Source of the DNA: a bacterium
GTDB taxonomy: Bacteria > SM23-31
NCBI GenBank assembly: GCA_965249485.1
Contig: OZ252239.1
Coordinates: forward strand, 128,001-192,000
Length of the DNA: 64,000 bases
Reading direction: 5' to 3'
Below are positions 22,012 through 32,833 of this stretch, piece by piece; position 1 is the stretch's first letter, and each line of letters starts with the position of its first letter. The position numbers and the translations under genes are program-made. Under the pieces are notes generated by a model that did not search any database, was not told the DNA's origin, and saw only the letters and a program-made list of their open reading frames with translations.

Positions 22012-22134
22012 GAAATTGAATATTATTACAGTGTTTTATAATGTAAAGAGAATAGCATTTGCAGATCGAAAATCCCGTTTGGGTCTTTTACAGTCCAGTC
22101 CGTTCCCGCATGGTACCGATAGACGTCAGCTATT

Positions 22135-22515
22135 TTAGTATTCTATAGGACAAACTTTGTTGACAGTATCATAGAACGATCTTATCTCAAAGGGTTTTGC
22201 AAGAAACTCTTGCACACCAAGTTTTGACAATTCGAGTATTTTCTCGTTCGTAAGAAAGGCGGACACCACTATTACCGGTGTAGACTCGTTACGGTTCTTT
22301 AGAATACTCATAACATGTTCGCCCTTAAAAAGCGGTAAATTCAAATCCAACAATATTAGATCAAATTTTTGCTTTTTTAATATTCCCAGAGCGTCTAAAC
22401 CGTTTTTTACACTAATAACGCCGATATTAACCCGTTCGAGAAATTCGCACAGCATTTCAATCATCTGGTCCTCATCCTCAACCACGAGAGCGTTATATTT
22501 ATAATTTCTTTCCAT
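22135..22515 (-). CDS. Single-domain response regulator receiver
   Basis: VVEDE, LLDLNLP, VSA, AKPF. Confidence 0.92.
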   Translation of the reverse strand: MERNYKYNALVVEDEDQMIEMLCEFLERVNIGVISVKNGLDALGILKKQKFDLILLDLNLPLFKGEHVMSILKNRNESTPVIVVSAFLTNEKILELSKLGVQEFLAKPFEIRSFYDTVNKVCPIEY

Positions 22516-22749
22516 CTAAGTTACCTGTTGATAGTTATCAATAATCTGATAAGAATTTACTAGCCTCTCCATAAAGGTAGAGGGTTCCATACTATAAATC
22601 AGTGTTGTAGATTCCGATTCCAACACTGGTACTTACGAGTTCAGGTGCAGAGGGAAATTTCTCAGGTAGATTTCTATACTATACTCTACGGAAAAATTTT
22701 TATAAATGTAAACTGGTTTTTATTATAATGCAAGAAATTATACTAAAAT

Positions 22750-22780
22750 GCGGAGCGTGTGTGACGATTTGCGAACCTTT
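22750..22780. repeat. Repeat A' copy (A-type core)
   Basis: gcggagcgtgtgtgacgatttgcgaaccttt. Confidence 0.8.
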
Positions 22781-22878
22781 GGGGTACGAATTGATTTGAA
22801 GAATCTAAAAAAAATTGTGTGAAGAGACTGGTTAAAAGTTAAGAGATACATTGAGTCTTTGCACGTGTTTTTCATCCA

Positions 22879-23130
22879 CATCCTTCCATACGTCGTCTTT
22901 CCAGATAACGCTCCACCAGAATATAAATAGGCAGCGAATTAAACATTAATTTCCTGTAAGGTGGTTTATAATAAATGGATAGAAGTGTAGAAGAATCGAA
23001 AAACTGAGCAAAACCGAATCTCCGGATCTGTCCAAATTTTTCTACTTTATTATTTGAGTTACAGCAGATAAAAATAGAAGTGTATTGTATTTGAAAAATG
23101 AACAATGAAAAAGGGAATGATTAATGGACC
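22879..23130. repeat. Element B copy 1 (~250 bp non-coding)
   Basis: ttccagataacgctcc..tgtaaggtggttt..aaaaccgaatc..tgtccaaatttttctacttt..tggacc. Confidence 0.9.
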
Positions 23131-23310
23131 CTGCAGGACCAGAACCTGCGACCCACTGATTATGAGTCGTAAGGTCTATTAATAATAGTGCAATACATAA
23201 CCTTTTAAAAAACAGATAATTAAGCGTATGGTTTCCACAATTTATTTAATTCAAATATTGGTACAAATGACACGAATTCACGCCATTAACTGACACATAT
23301 TGACACATGG
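23125..23310 (-). mobile_element. Element C copy 1: tRNA(CAU) 3' half (23125-23168) plus conserved flank with TGACAC repeats; att-like
   Basis: Matches the tRNA at 30615-30688 through the anticodon loop, then diverges into a flank shared by four copies. Confidence 0.8.
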
Positions 23311-23345
23311 TTCATTTTGTTCAGTCAAAATACTATGCTAATCTA

Positions 23346-24761
23346 TTATCTTAGCTTATCAACATCGAGAACTACCACAGAATTTACCGGATCCCATGCC
23401 TGATCATCCAGGGTAACTACTATATAGGCATTTCCTTCAATACTAACTTTATAGTTTTTCCGGGGGATGCTCCGGAGAGCATATGCTTGTATCGGGCGTC
23501 TCCGTACGGTGTCTAACACCAGTCTCCCATCCTCAGGCCAGTCAAATACATGCAAGTACAAACGGGTTGTGCCGTCTGCACGAATCCGATGTGTTATCCT
23601 TCCCCATTCAGGCTGCCCCCATTGAGTACCCTTTGTCCCATAGATACTTTCACCGTATTTTTTGAGCCAGTCACCGGATTCAAGGAGAATATCCACCGAC
23701 CACTCGGGTATAATACCTTCGGCTGTCGGTCCGACGTTCAACAGGTAATTTCCGCCCATACTGGCCATATGAGCGAGGTTGTGTACTACCATTTCCCCGG
23801 TCATCCAGCCGATTTTTCTTTTGTCATACATCCAGGTACCATCCGGATCAGTGTACAATGTCGCGTTTGTTTCGAAGTTATGGAGCGTCATAAAATCTCC
23901 AAGTTCGGGGTGAGAATCTTCGGCGGACAAATAATCCATCGTTCCGGGTGCATACCGGTCGTTGATGATAAGGTCCGGCTGGATAGAACGCATCATCTTC
24001 ATCCCTTCAACGGAGTGCAGAAGCTCTGCCCTATGCTGTGGTGAATTCACGACCCTTCTACCAAAAGCGCCTCCGTCATCAAAAAACAAAACATCTATCT
24101 GACCGTAATTGGTCAGCAGCTCTCGAATCTGGTTTTCCATATACTCGACGTATATCTCAAGGTCGGCATCAGGATTCGGATAATAATGCAGGTTGCGGTA
24201 CCACTTCGCGGGAAATTCGGGGTGATGCTTATCAGGGACAGAGTAATACACCCCCAGCCTTATACCGGCTTCCAGACAGGCATCTGCCAGTTCTTTCAGT
24301 GGATCACGGTCGAAAGGAGTATAGTCCACAATATCATAATCGGTATACTGAGAGTCATACATAATAAAACCATTATGGTGCTTGGTTACATACACGATAT
24401 ATTTCATTCCGGCATTTCGGGCGATATCGACCCATTCTTTGGCATCAAAATCAACAGGATTAAACACCAATCCCAAATTCACTAAATCCTCATAGTTTCT
24501 CCAGCCTTCATCAATATCGGGTGGAATTCTTTTACCAATAAAATCAGCACCTTTTTGATGCGGCAGGGCATCGGGTCCCCAATGAATGAACATCCCGTAA
24601 CGGGCATCGTGCCACCATTCCATTCTGTTGTCCATGGACGAGTTCCAGTCAGGACGGATCTCGATCATTCTTTGCGCCTGTACAGATGGTGCCGTTGTAA
24701 AAAGTACAATGAAGCAAAACCATACGCTACGGAGCACTAATTTTGATAATGGTGTGCTCAT
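23346..24761 (-). CDS. GH29 alpha-L-fucosidase
   Basis: GMFIHWG, FNP..FDA, KHHNGF, LFFDD, NYLLNVGP; AAGGAG RBS. Confidence 0.9.
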   Translation of the reverse strand: MSTPLSKLVLRSVWFCFIVLFTTAPSVQAQRMIEIRPDWNSSMDNRMEWWHDARYGMFIHWGPDALPHQKGADFIGKRIPPDIDEGWRNYEDLVNLGLVFNPVDFDAKEWVDIARNAGMKYIVYVTKHHNGFIMYDSQYTDYDIVDYTPFDRDPLKELADACLEAGIRLGVYYSVPDKHHPEFPAKWYRNLHYYPNPDADLEIYVEYMENQIRELLTNYGQIDVLFFDDGGAFGRRVVNSPQHRAELLHSVEGMKMMRSIQPDLIINDRYAPGTMDYLSAEDSHPELGDFMTLHNFETNATLYTDPDGTWMYDKRKIGWMTGEMVVHNLAHMASMGGNYLLNVGPTAEGIIPEWSVDILLESGDWLKKYGESIYGTKGTQWGQPEWGRITHRIRADGTTRLYLHVFDWPEDGRLVLDTVRRRPIQAYALRSIPRKNYKVSIEGNAYIVVTLDDQAWDPVNSVVVLDVDKLR

Positions 24762-24890
24762 GATTGTCTCCTTTAAATATTTATTATTTATCAGTATTTC
24801 TATGATAAATTGCACTTATGTATAATCCAGCGTCAAGTTCTTATGAGATGTTATTTAATCCATTTTGTGGTATTTGAATTGAGCCCTGTT

Positions 24891-26183
24891 CTATGAATAG
24901 CAAAGTTCTCTCATAGCATCAACAAATATGTCCAATTCGCTTGTTGTTGTGTACAGATTCGGGGCAATGCGGACACCTTTAATTTCAGGAGAATCTATAG
25001 CAACGGTGAAAATTTTATGTTTGTCGTATAGATAATGCACAATCTCATCCGGTTTTATTCCTTTAATACCTACATTGGCGAGACCGCACGACCGGTTGTC
25101 CTCTAAAGAGGTATTCATAACAATATTAGGGAACTTATTTACTTTTTCTGCCCAATAATTTTTTAGAAATCTCAGGCGGGTTTCTTTTCTCTTTAATCCG
25201 ATATTTTCGTTAAATTTAATTGCCTCAGCGATTGTTAATTCGATTGAACACGGGCGTGTGCCGATGTGTCCGAGTTTGACGATAGAATCGGTTGCATAAT
25301 TCGCGTCTCCATATAATGGCCAGACATTCTTGATTTTATCTTTCTTAACGTACAATATACCCGAACCTAACGGAGCCGACATCCATTTATGCAAACTCGC
25401 ACCATAATAATCGCCGTGAAGATCTGGTATTTTATAATCAAGATGGGTAAAAGAATGTGCAGCGTCAACAATAACCTCCACTTCCCTGTTGTGTGCCATA
25501 TCGCATATTTCCCTGACCGGCAGGACCTGTCCGGTTTCATATGTTATATGCGAGACCAGTATTACCTTGGTTTTCGGAGTTATCGCATTTTTATAGATAT
25601 CCACTATATCAGCGTTGCTTGTAGAAACAAGTGGGAAGGAAATTATGGTATTCCTTATCCCGTCACGTGCAGCACGCTGCTCGAAGGCTTTTCGCATACT
25701 GGGATATTCAAAAGTTCCCCAAACAGCCTCGTCGCCTTTATTCATTTCCAGTCCCATAATAACAATATTAAGAGATTCTGTGGTATTACGCGTGATCAGT
25801 ATCTCATCTGTTGAACAGCCCGCAAACCGCGCGAGAAGCTGGTGTGCATCTTTTCTTTCGACCTCCTGCCTTCTCCGCATATAAAAAGAAGGAATCTCGT
25901 TTATCATCTTGATATTTTTGCACAGCTTATCTACTCCGGCTTCCGGTTGGGGACTTAAATAGCCGTTTTCGAGATTGATAAAATGGGGCGACAAATTATA
26001 GGTATTTCGGACAGCATACCAGAAATCTTCATCGATGGCAATGTCTTGTGTGGACATATTTTCGAGGCGATTAGAGGCCTCAGCAACCTTTTCAATGCCC
26101 TCCGGTTTTAAAATCGAAAATGCTGCGGTACCAAATGTCAATCCCGCCGATCTTTTGAGGAAAGTTCTTCTTGAATCTAACAT
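24891..26183 (-). CDS. Tat-exported class V PLP aminotransferase-fold enzyme
   Basis: SRRTFLK, TRNTTE, DAAHS, SLHKW. Confidence 0.9.
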   Translation of the reverse strand: MLDSRRTFLKRSAGLTFGTAAFSILKPEGIEKVAEASNRLENMSTQDIAIDEDFWYAVRNTYNLSPHFINLENGYLSPQPEAGVDKLCKNIKMINEIPSFYMRRRQEVERKDAHQLLARFAGCSTDEILITRNTTESLNIVIMGLEMNKGDEAVWGTFEYPSMRKAFEQRAARDGIRNTIISFPLVSTSNADIVDIYKNAITPKTKVILVSHITYETGQVLPVREICDMAHNREVEVIVDAAHSFTHLDYKIPDLHGDYYGASLHKWMSAPLGSGILYVKKDKIKNVWPLYGDANYATDSIVKLGHIGTRPCSIELTIAEAIKFNENIGLKRKETRLRFLKNYWAEKVNKFPNIVMNTSLEDNRSCGLANVGIKGIKPDEIVHYLYDKHKIFTVAIDSPEIKGVRIAPNLYTTTSELDIFVDAMRELCYS

Positions 26184-26313
26184 TGTCTCTCCGAAATTGA
26201 AAGGATATGTATGTCAAATTATCTTATAAAATTAAATTATGAAGTAATTCCGAATATTATTCCAATAAAAATCATACAATTCTTCAATTACATCAATCTC
26301 CTTTGGCACATCT

Positions 26314-27726
26314 TTACTTAATACCTTGCAGAGGTGTTGCCGGTCGAAATTGAATTATCCCGCTTTCCTGTGTCAATTTCTCAATTTCATCAAGTTCTGA
26401 AGGGGCAAACCGCGTTAAATTTTCGTTGCCATCCTCTGTCACGACAACGGTATCCTCTATTCTCATATACAATCCTTCCTCACGGACACGCAATATCGGA
26501 TCAACGGAGAATACTTGCCCGACTTTCAGAGGACCGGAACGATAATCGCCAACATCATGCACTGCCATTCCGACATTATGAGAGAATACACCTCCCCCGG
26601 TCTCAACTAGGCGGCGGGCCGTCTGTTCGTAAATTGGCTTGGAGAAATTCGTCCTTTCAAAGATGGGTTCCATTGCCTCTTCTGCCTCTTCCATAATCTG
26701 ATCAGCGGTAACACCCGGCCTGATTCGACTCAGTATTGTTTTATGATAATCAAGAATAATCTGGCAAAGCTCGCGCTGCTGATCATTGAATTTTCCATTT
26801 ACAGGCCACATTCTTCCTATATCACTTGTATAGTAACCGTAATCGGGTGCATAGTCCATTAGCACGAGATCGCCGTCATTCAATTTTGAGGAATTATAAT
26901 AATAATGTGGATCGCTGATATTACTCTCTCCGGCAGCAGCAATCGAACGGTATCCTTCAAGTCTGGCGTCGTTCACCAGGTATATATACCGTGCTACAGC
27001 GTCAAGTTGGTATTCATAAATTCCCAGCTTTGTACTCCGCATAGCCTCGATTAATCCCAACGCGGCGATTTGCCCTGCACGGCGCAATACTTCAATCTCC
27101 CGTGGACTTTTTATGCTTCGCAGTTCATCGAGAATCGGGGTCAGATTACGGATCTCCGCTGTGGAATTACGGGCCAAAAGTAGCGATATAAAATGTGCTT
27201 CACGGGACACACGTCCATCCCAGAAATCCCCCAGAATTCTGTTGTTCGCCGCGTTTAACTCTCCACGGCTCTGTCCCTGTCCTTCTGCCGGACTGAATGG
27301 TGTATAAATAATCTGTGCACTGATGCTTCTTAGCTCATCAATATTCATTACGTCATCCACACCGGTCATTTCCTTTACCTTCTCAGGGTATTCGAGCGAA
27401 AGAACTCTTTCCCAGCCGCGGTTTGATACATCGGAAATGTATAGTGTTACTTTCTTTGTTCTCCCATCTAACAGGATATATGAATATGAGTTTTCGACAC
27501 CGCACAGGTAGTAAAACGCATTTGTCTGTCGAGGATAGATATATCCCCCTGGATCAGGAGCACCCTGAACAATCGCAACACCATTTTTTCCAATAATATC
27601 AAATATCTTTTCCCTGCGTGCCCTGAATTCATCTGATGGAAAATGTGTCTGATATTCCTGAGCAGTTGCATTGAACGAAATGAGCATTGTAATCAGTATT
27701 AAAATGAGTCTCATCAATACCTCCAT
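26314..27726 (-). CDS. Xaa-Pro aminopeptidase (M24B)
   Basis: F.YLCG, IKSPREI, D..PDYGYYTSDIGR, H.VG..VHD, RIED. Confidence 0.9.
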   Translation of the reverse strand: MEVLMRLILILITMLISFNATAQEYQTHFPSDEFRARREKIFDIIGKNGVAIVQGAPDPGGYIYPRQTNAFYYLCGVENSYSYILLDGRTKKVTLYISDVSNRGWERVLSLEYPEKVKEMTGVDDVMNIDELRSISAQIIYTPFSPAEGQGQSRGELNAANNRILGDFWDGRVSREAHFISLLLARNSTAEIRNLTPILDELRSIKSPREIEVLRRAGQIAALGLIEAMRSTKLGIYEYQLDAVARYIYLVNDARLEGYRSIAAAGESNISDPHYYYNSSKLNDGDLVLMDYAPDYGYYTSDIGRMWPVNGKFNDQQRELCQIILDYHKTILSRIRPGVTADQIMEEAEEAMEPIFERTNFSKPIYEQTARRLVETGGGVFSHNVGMAVHDVGDYRSGPLKVGQVFSVDPILRVREEGLYMRIEDTVVVTEDGNENLTRFAPSELDEIEKLTQESGIIQFRPATPLQGIK

Positions 27727-27867
27727 ATCTGTATATTAATAAGAGCAATACTTCTGGTACTACCGGTAACATTATCACCTTAATTTCCACTGTACGTCGT
27801 CTGAACATGTTGGAATGATTGGATTAAAAGTTAAGAGCTACCTTTAGTCTATGCAAGTGTTTTTTCA

Positions 27868-28120
27868 CATCCTTCCGTACATTTCATTTCCAGATAACGC
27901 TCCACCCGCATAAATATAAGCAGCGATTCAAACATTAATTTCCCGTAAGGTGGTTAATAACGAATGAATAATAGGGTTGAAGAGTCGAATATACCGGGCA
28001 AAACCGAATCACCCGATCTGTCCAAATTTTTCTACTTTTACTATTAGAGTTACAGCAGATAAAATAGAAGTGTTTTTTGTTTAATAAATGAGGAATGATA
28101 AATAGAATGTATTGTGGACC
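27868..28120. repeat. Element B copy 2
   Basis: Colinear with 22879-23130. Confidence 0.9.
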
Positions 28121-28144
28121 GTGTGTGACGTTTTGCGAACCTTT
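28114..28144. repeat. Repeat A' copy
   Basis: gtggaccgtgtgtgacgttttgcgaaccttt. Confidence 0.9.
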
Positions 28145-28199
28145 AAATTTGACATATTAGTATTGGATTTTCAAAAAAAATGATATTGGTTAGTAGAAG

Positions 28200-28550
28200 T
28201 CAATTACTCAAAAATACACGTTTAAAATAAACAATCAAACAGGTGATGGTAACAAGGGAGATTCCTATAGAAATAAACATTGCAAAAAACTCTAAAAGAT
28301 GATGGATTGCTACGCTTATCAGGATGACTTTGAAAAAGGAAGGAAGTATTATAATCAACTCCTGATTCTGATGAGATACTTTTACGAGAATAAAGATCAA
28401 TCCAATAGTCATTGAATTTAAGAAAAGTATTGCAAGATATGTCCGGTATAGAGTCGAAAGTTGAATCTCATCAAACAAAAATAGATAGGGTAACAGATGA
28501 ATGATAACTAGTACCAACCATACCATCTTAATAAGAGAATACTTTGACAT
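28200..28550 (-). CDS. Small hypothetical membrane protein
   Basis: 116 aa, strongly hydrophobic, AT-rich. Confidence 0.5.
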   Translation of the reverse strand: MSKYSLIKMVWLVLVIIHLLPYLFLFDEIQLSTLYRTYLAILFLNSMTIGLIFILVKVSHQNQELIIILPSFFKVILISVAIHHLLEFFAMFISIGISLVTITCLIVYFKRVFLSN

Positions 28551-28792
28551 AGAAGCTTGTATTTAGTTAGAACATTTTAAACTGTATAAGTTAAAAATTA
28601 AGAGAAGTATTTAGATTTTCCTACTAATGTTTTCTTATTCCTATTACTTGAGATATGTAAAACTTTATTTTACAAAAGTGATTTACTAAGGTACAAAAAG
28701 ACATGCTCATTTTACAAAAACATGCAAAAACTAACAATATTAAATCCCAAACTCAATTTGAGATGGGCTTTTTAATTTAAGATGTTTTGACT

Positions 28793-28823
28793 GTGGACCG
28801 TGTGTGACGTTTTGCGAACCTTT
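28793..28823. repeat. Repeat A' copy
   Basis: Identical to 28114-28144. Confidence 0.9.
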
Positions 28824-28952
28824 GAAGCGGAATTAAATTGCAGTATTTTAAGAAAGTAACGTGTAAAGGAATATAGAAACAGAATTTAAGAATCAATTAT
28901 TAGTTGATTTTAAAAACAAGAATTATTGTTGTTACACTATAAACTCATCGTG

Positions 28953-30528
28953 TCAAGACCCTATAAATTCAACAGGAATTCTTAGCCAGAATTTTACAGG
29001 TCTGCCTAATAGCGTTGCCGGAATATATCGGGCCCGTCTTACAGCTTTTAGCACAGCTTCATCGAAATCTTCACTTAATGACTGTATTAGTACTGTATGA
29101 TCGACGAATCCTTGTTCGTTAATTAAAGCTTCGACAATAACTTCTCTCGGCCTTCTAGTTGCCCTCGCACTGGGTGAGTATTTAAAATTTCTAGTTTTAA
29201 AATTTCTAACTACATTTCTAGCGAATGCTTCTAAGCCTCCTATTATTTTCGGCTGATCTTCCACCGGAAGAGATTCGGGAATATCATCATGTGTGATCAT
29301 TTGATACTCTTCGTTTTGCTCTTCCTTTATAACAGGATTGTAATCAAAAGGTAAATGTTCTGCGAGCCTGCCATTCCATGACCAATATCCATACATCGTA
29401 ACAAAATAGGGATCTTCTGATATACCGTGAATGTTAAATTTAGAATTTGGAGAACTAATCTTAATCCACGAGACCTGGTCTTTTTCTGGTTTGTTTAAAA
29501 CAATAGAATTTATGTTACCTAAACCACCTAATGGAATTAATGCAACTCTCTGCATCTTTACTTTTATACTGATTTATATACGTGTCCTCGGCTGGTTCAT
29601 TTGTATATTCAACCTGTAAATAATCTTCAAATTTTAGTTTCTTCAAGTATTCAACATCAGTAGGTTCAATGAGTGTTTTTGTATTAAAGATTCTCACTTT
29701 CAAAGATGATCCAGCGTTTCTATTTCTCGTATCGTCAGATGGTAATTTCTTAAATTGTTGCACTAAAAAACCTTCTTTATTTGTAGTTCCTGCAGGCAAA
29801 CTAGCCAGAAAGTGTCGTAAAGAACCCTGATACGATTTTAGCCTGTTTTCTCGCCATAATTCCATTTCTTGATTATCGCTCGGTATCATCTCTACAAATT
29901 GTGGTACACCAGCAAATCGCAGCCTATCATTATAACTTATAAAATCTACTAGTAAATAATTTATGCGATACCCGAGCGCATTATTCTCAATTTCAAGTAA
30001 TCCCGATGCATGTGCTGTATAGCCATTTGTATCAACATCCTTCTCAAACATTAGTACTTCAGGATTGATTATCTTACAGTGAGAAGCATTACTGGTTTGT
30101 CCTAAAAACTCTTCTTCAAATTTTTTGTAATATTCTTTCCATTCTTTTTGATCCATTGACGAGACGACAACTTCTCCGGATTCATATAATAATTCCTTCA
30201 TTCTTACTGTTGTAACTCTCAAGAGAGATTTCGATAAATGAATGTTCTTCCTCTGAGGACTATACGTTACATGTGAATAAACGAGTACGTAATTTCCAAA
30301 AGGTACATTTCTAATCGTATACTGTCCATTTTCATTTGATGCTGAACCTAAAGATGTGTTGGACAACCAAACATTTACAAACGGTACGGGTTTATCGGTA
30401 TCAGAATCTTTGACAACAACAGTTATATTGCCAGTAGGCACTTCCTGAGCAATTGATATTTTTCCAGAAGTAATAATAATGAAAATAATATATATAATAT
30501 ACGAACTAATATTTATTTGATATTTCAT
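28953..30528 (-). pseudogene. Carboxypeptidase-regulatory-like domain protein fused to TonB C-terminal domain, split by a frameshift near 29550
   Basis: V.DSDT.KPVPFVNV N-terminus; the overlapping ORF carries GYWSW..LA.HLPFDY and a TonB_C-like end. Confidence 0.7.
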
Positions 30529-30614
30529 AGTATAATCTTTTATTTTTTTCTCTAAAAAAATATACATATTAAAATAAGGATTGCAATAAATTTAATTGTA
30601 TTATGTAATTATTT

Positions 30615-30688
30615 AGGGCCCTGCAGGACTCGAACCTGCGACCCATTGATTATGAGTCAGTTGCTCTAACCAACTGAGCTAAGGGCCT
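30615..30688 (-). tRNA. tRNA with CAU anticodon (Ile2-like), imperfect
   Basis: AGGCCCTTAGCTCAGTTGGTTAGAGCAACTGA-CTCATAA-TCAATGGGTCGCAGGTTCGAGTCCTGCAGGGCCCT folds as a cloverleaf; no encoded CCA. Confidence 0.88.
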
Positions 30689-31121
30689 GTGTGTATCAGT
30701 ATGTGAAGTCTTGAAATTTACTCAATCCTGGCTAAAATGTTGAGGTGCTTAGGCCTTCTTACTGGTTAATCCCCGCATAAAAATATACACTTAGCTAAAT
30801 ATACAGCATAAAATTACAAAATATATCCTGTTTTTGATTTCAGATATAGTTTGAGAGATATTTCATATAATTACAGATCAACAAGCGCTATTAAAGGGAT
30901 TGTTGGGAAATAGTTGCTATAGAGAGAGAATCAATTGAAAAGAATTGACTAATTAAAGTTTTTTGGTTAATTTTTTACGTTATTTTAGCACTGCCAATCA
31001 TTGTATAACACACGTATGTGTCCTCAGCTAAAACCTCTAATAATGTTTTTTATTGATGCCATGATCTTAAAAAAGCGATTGCAATAAGGCAATTTGTACA
31101 AATTGTCGAAGGAGGTTCCAG

Positions 31122-31409
31122 ATGAAGCAGTTCTTCCCTATGAGAAAGGTCGAAGTATCGGTCCTCATATTTCTCATAACATTCGCAGTGATCTCGTTTC
31201 TTCCAATCTGGCGCACAATTGAGATCGGCGGTATGGCGGTATTCGGCTGGCTGATGGCTGTTCTCATGGTGGTTTCTCCAACCCTTGTGTTACTCATCTT
31301 ACGACGTGCTGATAAAGACGATGCTCGCCAGCCTCTTGCAAATACAATGAATTCCAACAGTGTGCGATTCGAATCAGGACAGACTGACACAGATACAGAG
31401 GCCTCATGA
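31122..31409 (+). CDS. Small two-TM membrane protein, likely symporter partner
   Basis: GGAGG RBS; overlaps the start of the symporter gene (ATGA). Confidence 0.65.
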   Translation: MKQFFPMRKVEVSVLIFLITFAVISFLPIWRTIEIGGMAVFGWLMAVLMVVSPTLVLLILRRADKDDARQPLANTMNSNSVRFESGQTDTDTEAS

Positions 31410-32833
31410 TACTTGAACGAATTCTCGTCGTAGTATATCTGCTTGGCTGCATCGTTATCGGTGTCGTCGCGGCACGGAAGGTACTCGGCTCCCGTGATGA
31501 GTACTGGGTGGCCGGGCGGCGTATCGGTACTGTTGTGAATGCAATGGCCATAATGGCGGCTCTTGCCAGCGGTGGTTCGATTGTCGGTGTAATGGGTCTG
31601 GCGTATTCGCAGGGTATACCCGCTACACTAGCACTGTTCGCTGGTTCAATATTAGGATTTCCGATTGCCTCTCTACTGGTTGCTCGACCGTTACGCAATT
31701 TCGGAAAGTATACGATCACCGACTTTCTCAGTTACCGATATCCCAGCGCAGTCGTACGCTTTCTTGTCCCAATACTGATTGTCATTGCCTTTGTTATCTA
31801 CATCGTCGCACAGCTCAAGGCAGTCGGTATTACGGCTACAGCACTACTTGGTATCCCCTATGACATTGCGCTCATAGTATCCACACTGGTGTTCATTGTC
31901 TATGTGTCATTTGGAGGCATGATCGCAATCACCTGGACTGATGTCATACAAGGTATGTTAATGCTCGCAGTTGTTGTCGGCACAGCGGTGGTGTTTGTTT
32001 GGCAAACCGGGTCACCTTTCGAGATCATGAGCCAGATGACCATCGTTGCTCCGGAGCTTGGTCAAGTCGTCAACCGATCGACTTCAAGCTATCTGGGGTA
32101 CTTTATTATCTGGGCAACAGCTATTCCCGTGATTCCTCATATCATTATGCGCGTTTACACTGCCAAAGACGCTGCGAGCGCACGACTGTCCCTGAATCTC
32201 GCGATGCTCGTGTACAGTGTCATTATCCTTGCGGCAGTGCTGGTAATTGTTCCGGTAGGTCGTATGGACTTTCCCGGGCTTGCGGACGCTGATCAGTTGT
32301 TTCTCAGAGTCATAGAGTCAAAATTTTCACCACTTTTTCGCGGTATTGCGGTTACTGCAGTGTTCGCAGCGGTAATGTCCACAACAGACGCACTACTGCT
32401 TGCCTGTAGTTCGGCAATTGCGCATGACATCCTGGGTGGTCTGATGCGCGAGCGTGCAAGCGAACGGACATTAGCTATCGTTCGTGTGGGTTCGACTTGG
32501 ATTATCGGCATAATTGCGCTTCTCTGGGCGTTCTCACCCCCGGAATTGATCAGCCAGTTCTATACTGCGGGTGTCGGTATATTGAGTTCAAGCTTATTTG
32601 TGCCGACCATCGCCGGACTATGGTGGAAACGTGCGAATCGTACCGGCGGTGTTACCGCTATAGTGGTAGGGGCTTTAGCGTACACTCTTGCTGTCTTAGG
32701 TATCATAGACTTCGGTGTCGCACCTATTATTATTGCATTACCGAGCAGTGCTATCGCGATGATCCTTGGAGGCATATTCGGCGCTCACGAAACACCTGAG
32801 ATGTTAGCAGAGATAGGAGCACTTCATGAATAA
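31406..32833 (+). CDS. Sodium:solute symporter family transporter
   Basis: Y.VAGR, GGM.A.TWTD.IQG, AA.MST.D. Confidence 0.92.
   Translation: MILERILVVVYLLGCIVIGVVAARKVLGSRDEYWVAGRRIGTVVNAMAIMAALASGGSIVGVMGLAYSQGIPATLALFAGSILGFPIASLLVARPLRNFGKYTITDFLSYRYPSAVVRFLVPILIVIAFVIYIVAQLKAVGITATALLGIPYDIALIVSTLVFIVYVSFGGMIAITWTDVIQGMLMLAVVVGTAVVFVWQTGSPFEIMSQMTIVAPELGQVVNRSTSSYLGYFIIWATAIPVIPHIIMRVYTAKDAASARLSLNLAMLVYSVIILAAVLVIVPVGRMDFPGLADADQLFLRVIESKFSPLFRGIAVTAVFAAVMSTTDALLLACSSAIAHDILGGLMRERASERTLAIVRVGSTWIIGIIALLWAFSPPELISQFYTAGVGILSSSLFVPTIAGLWWKRANRTGGVTAIVVGALAYTLAVLGIIDFGVAPIIIALPSSAIAMILGGIFGAHETPEMLAEIGALHE

Noticed and set aside
22872..23105. 77 aa ORF within element B
   Set aside because: The frame is interrupted in at least copy 4 of B
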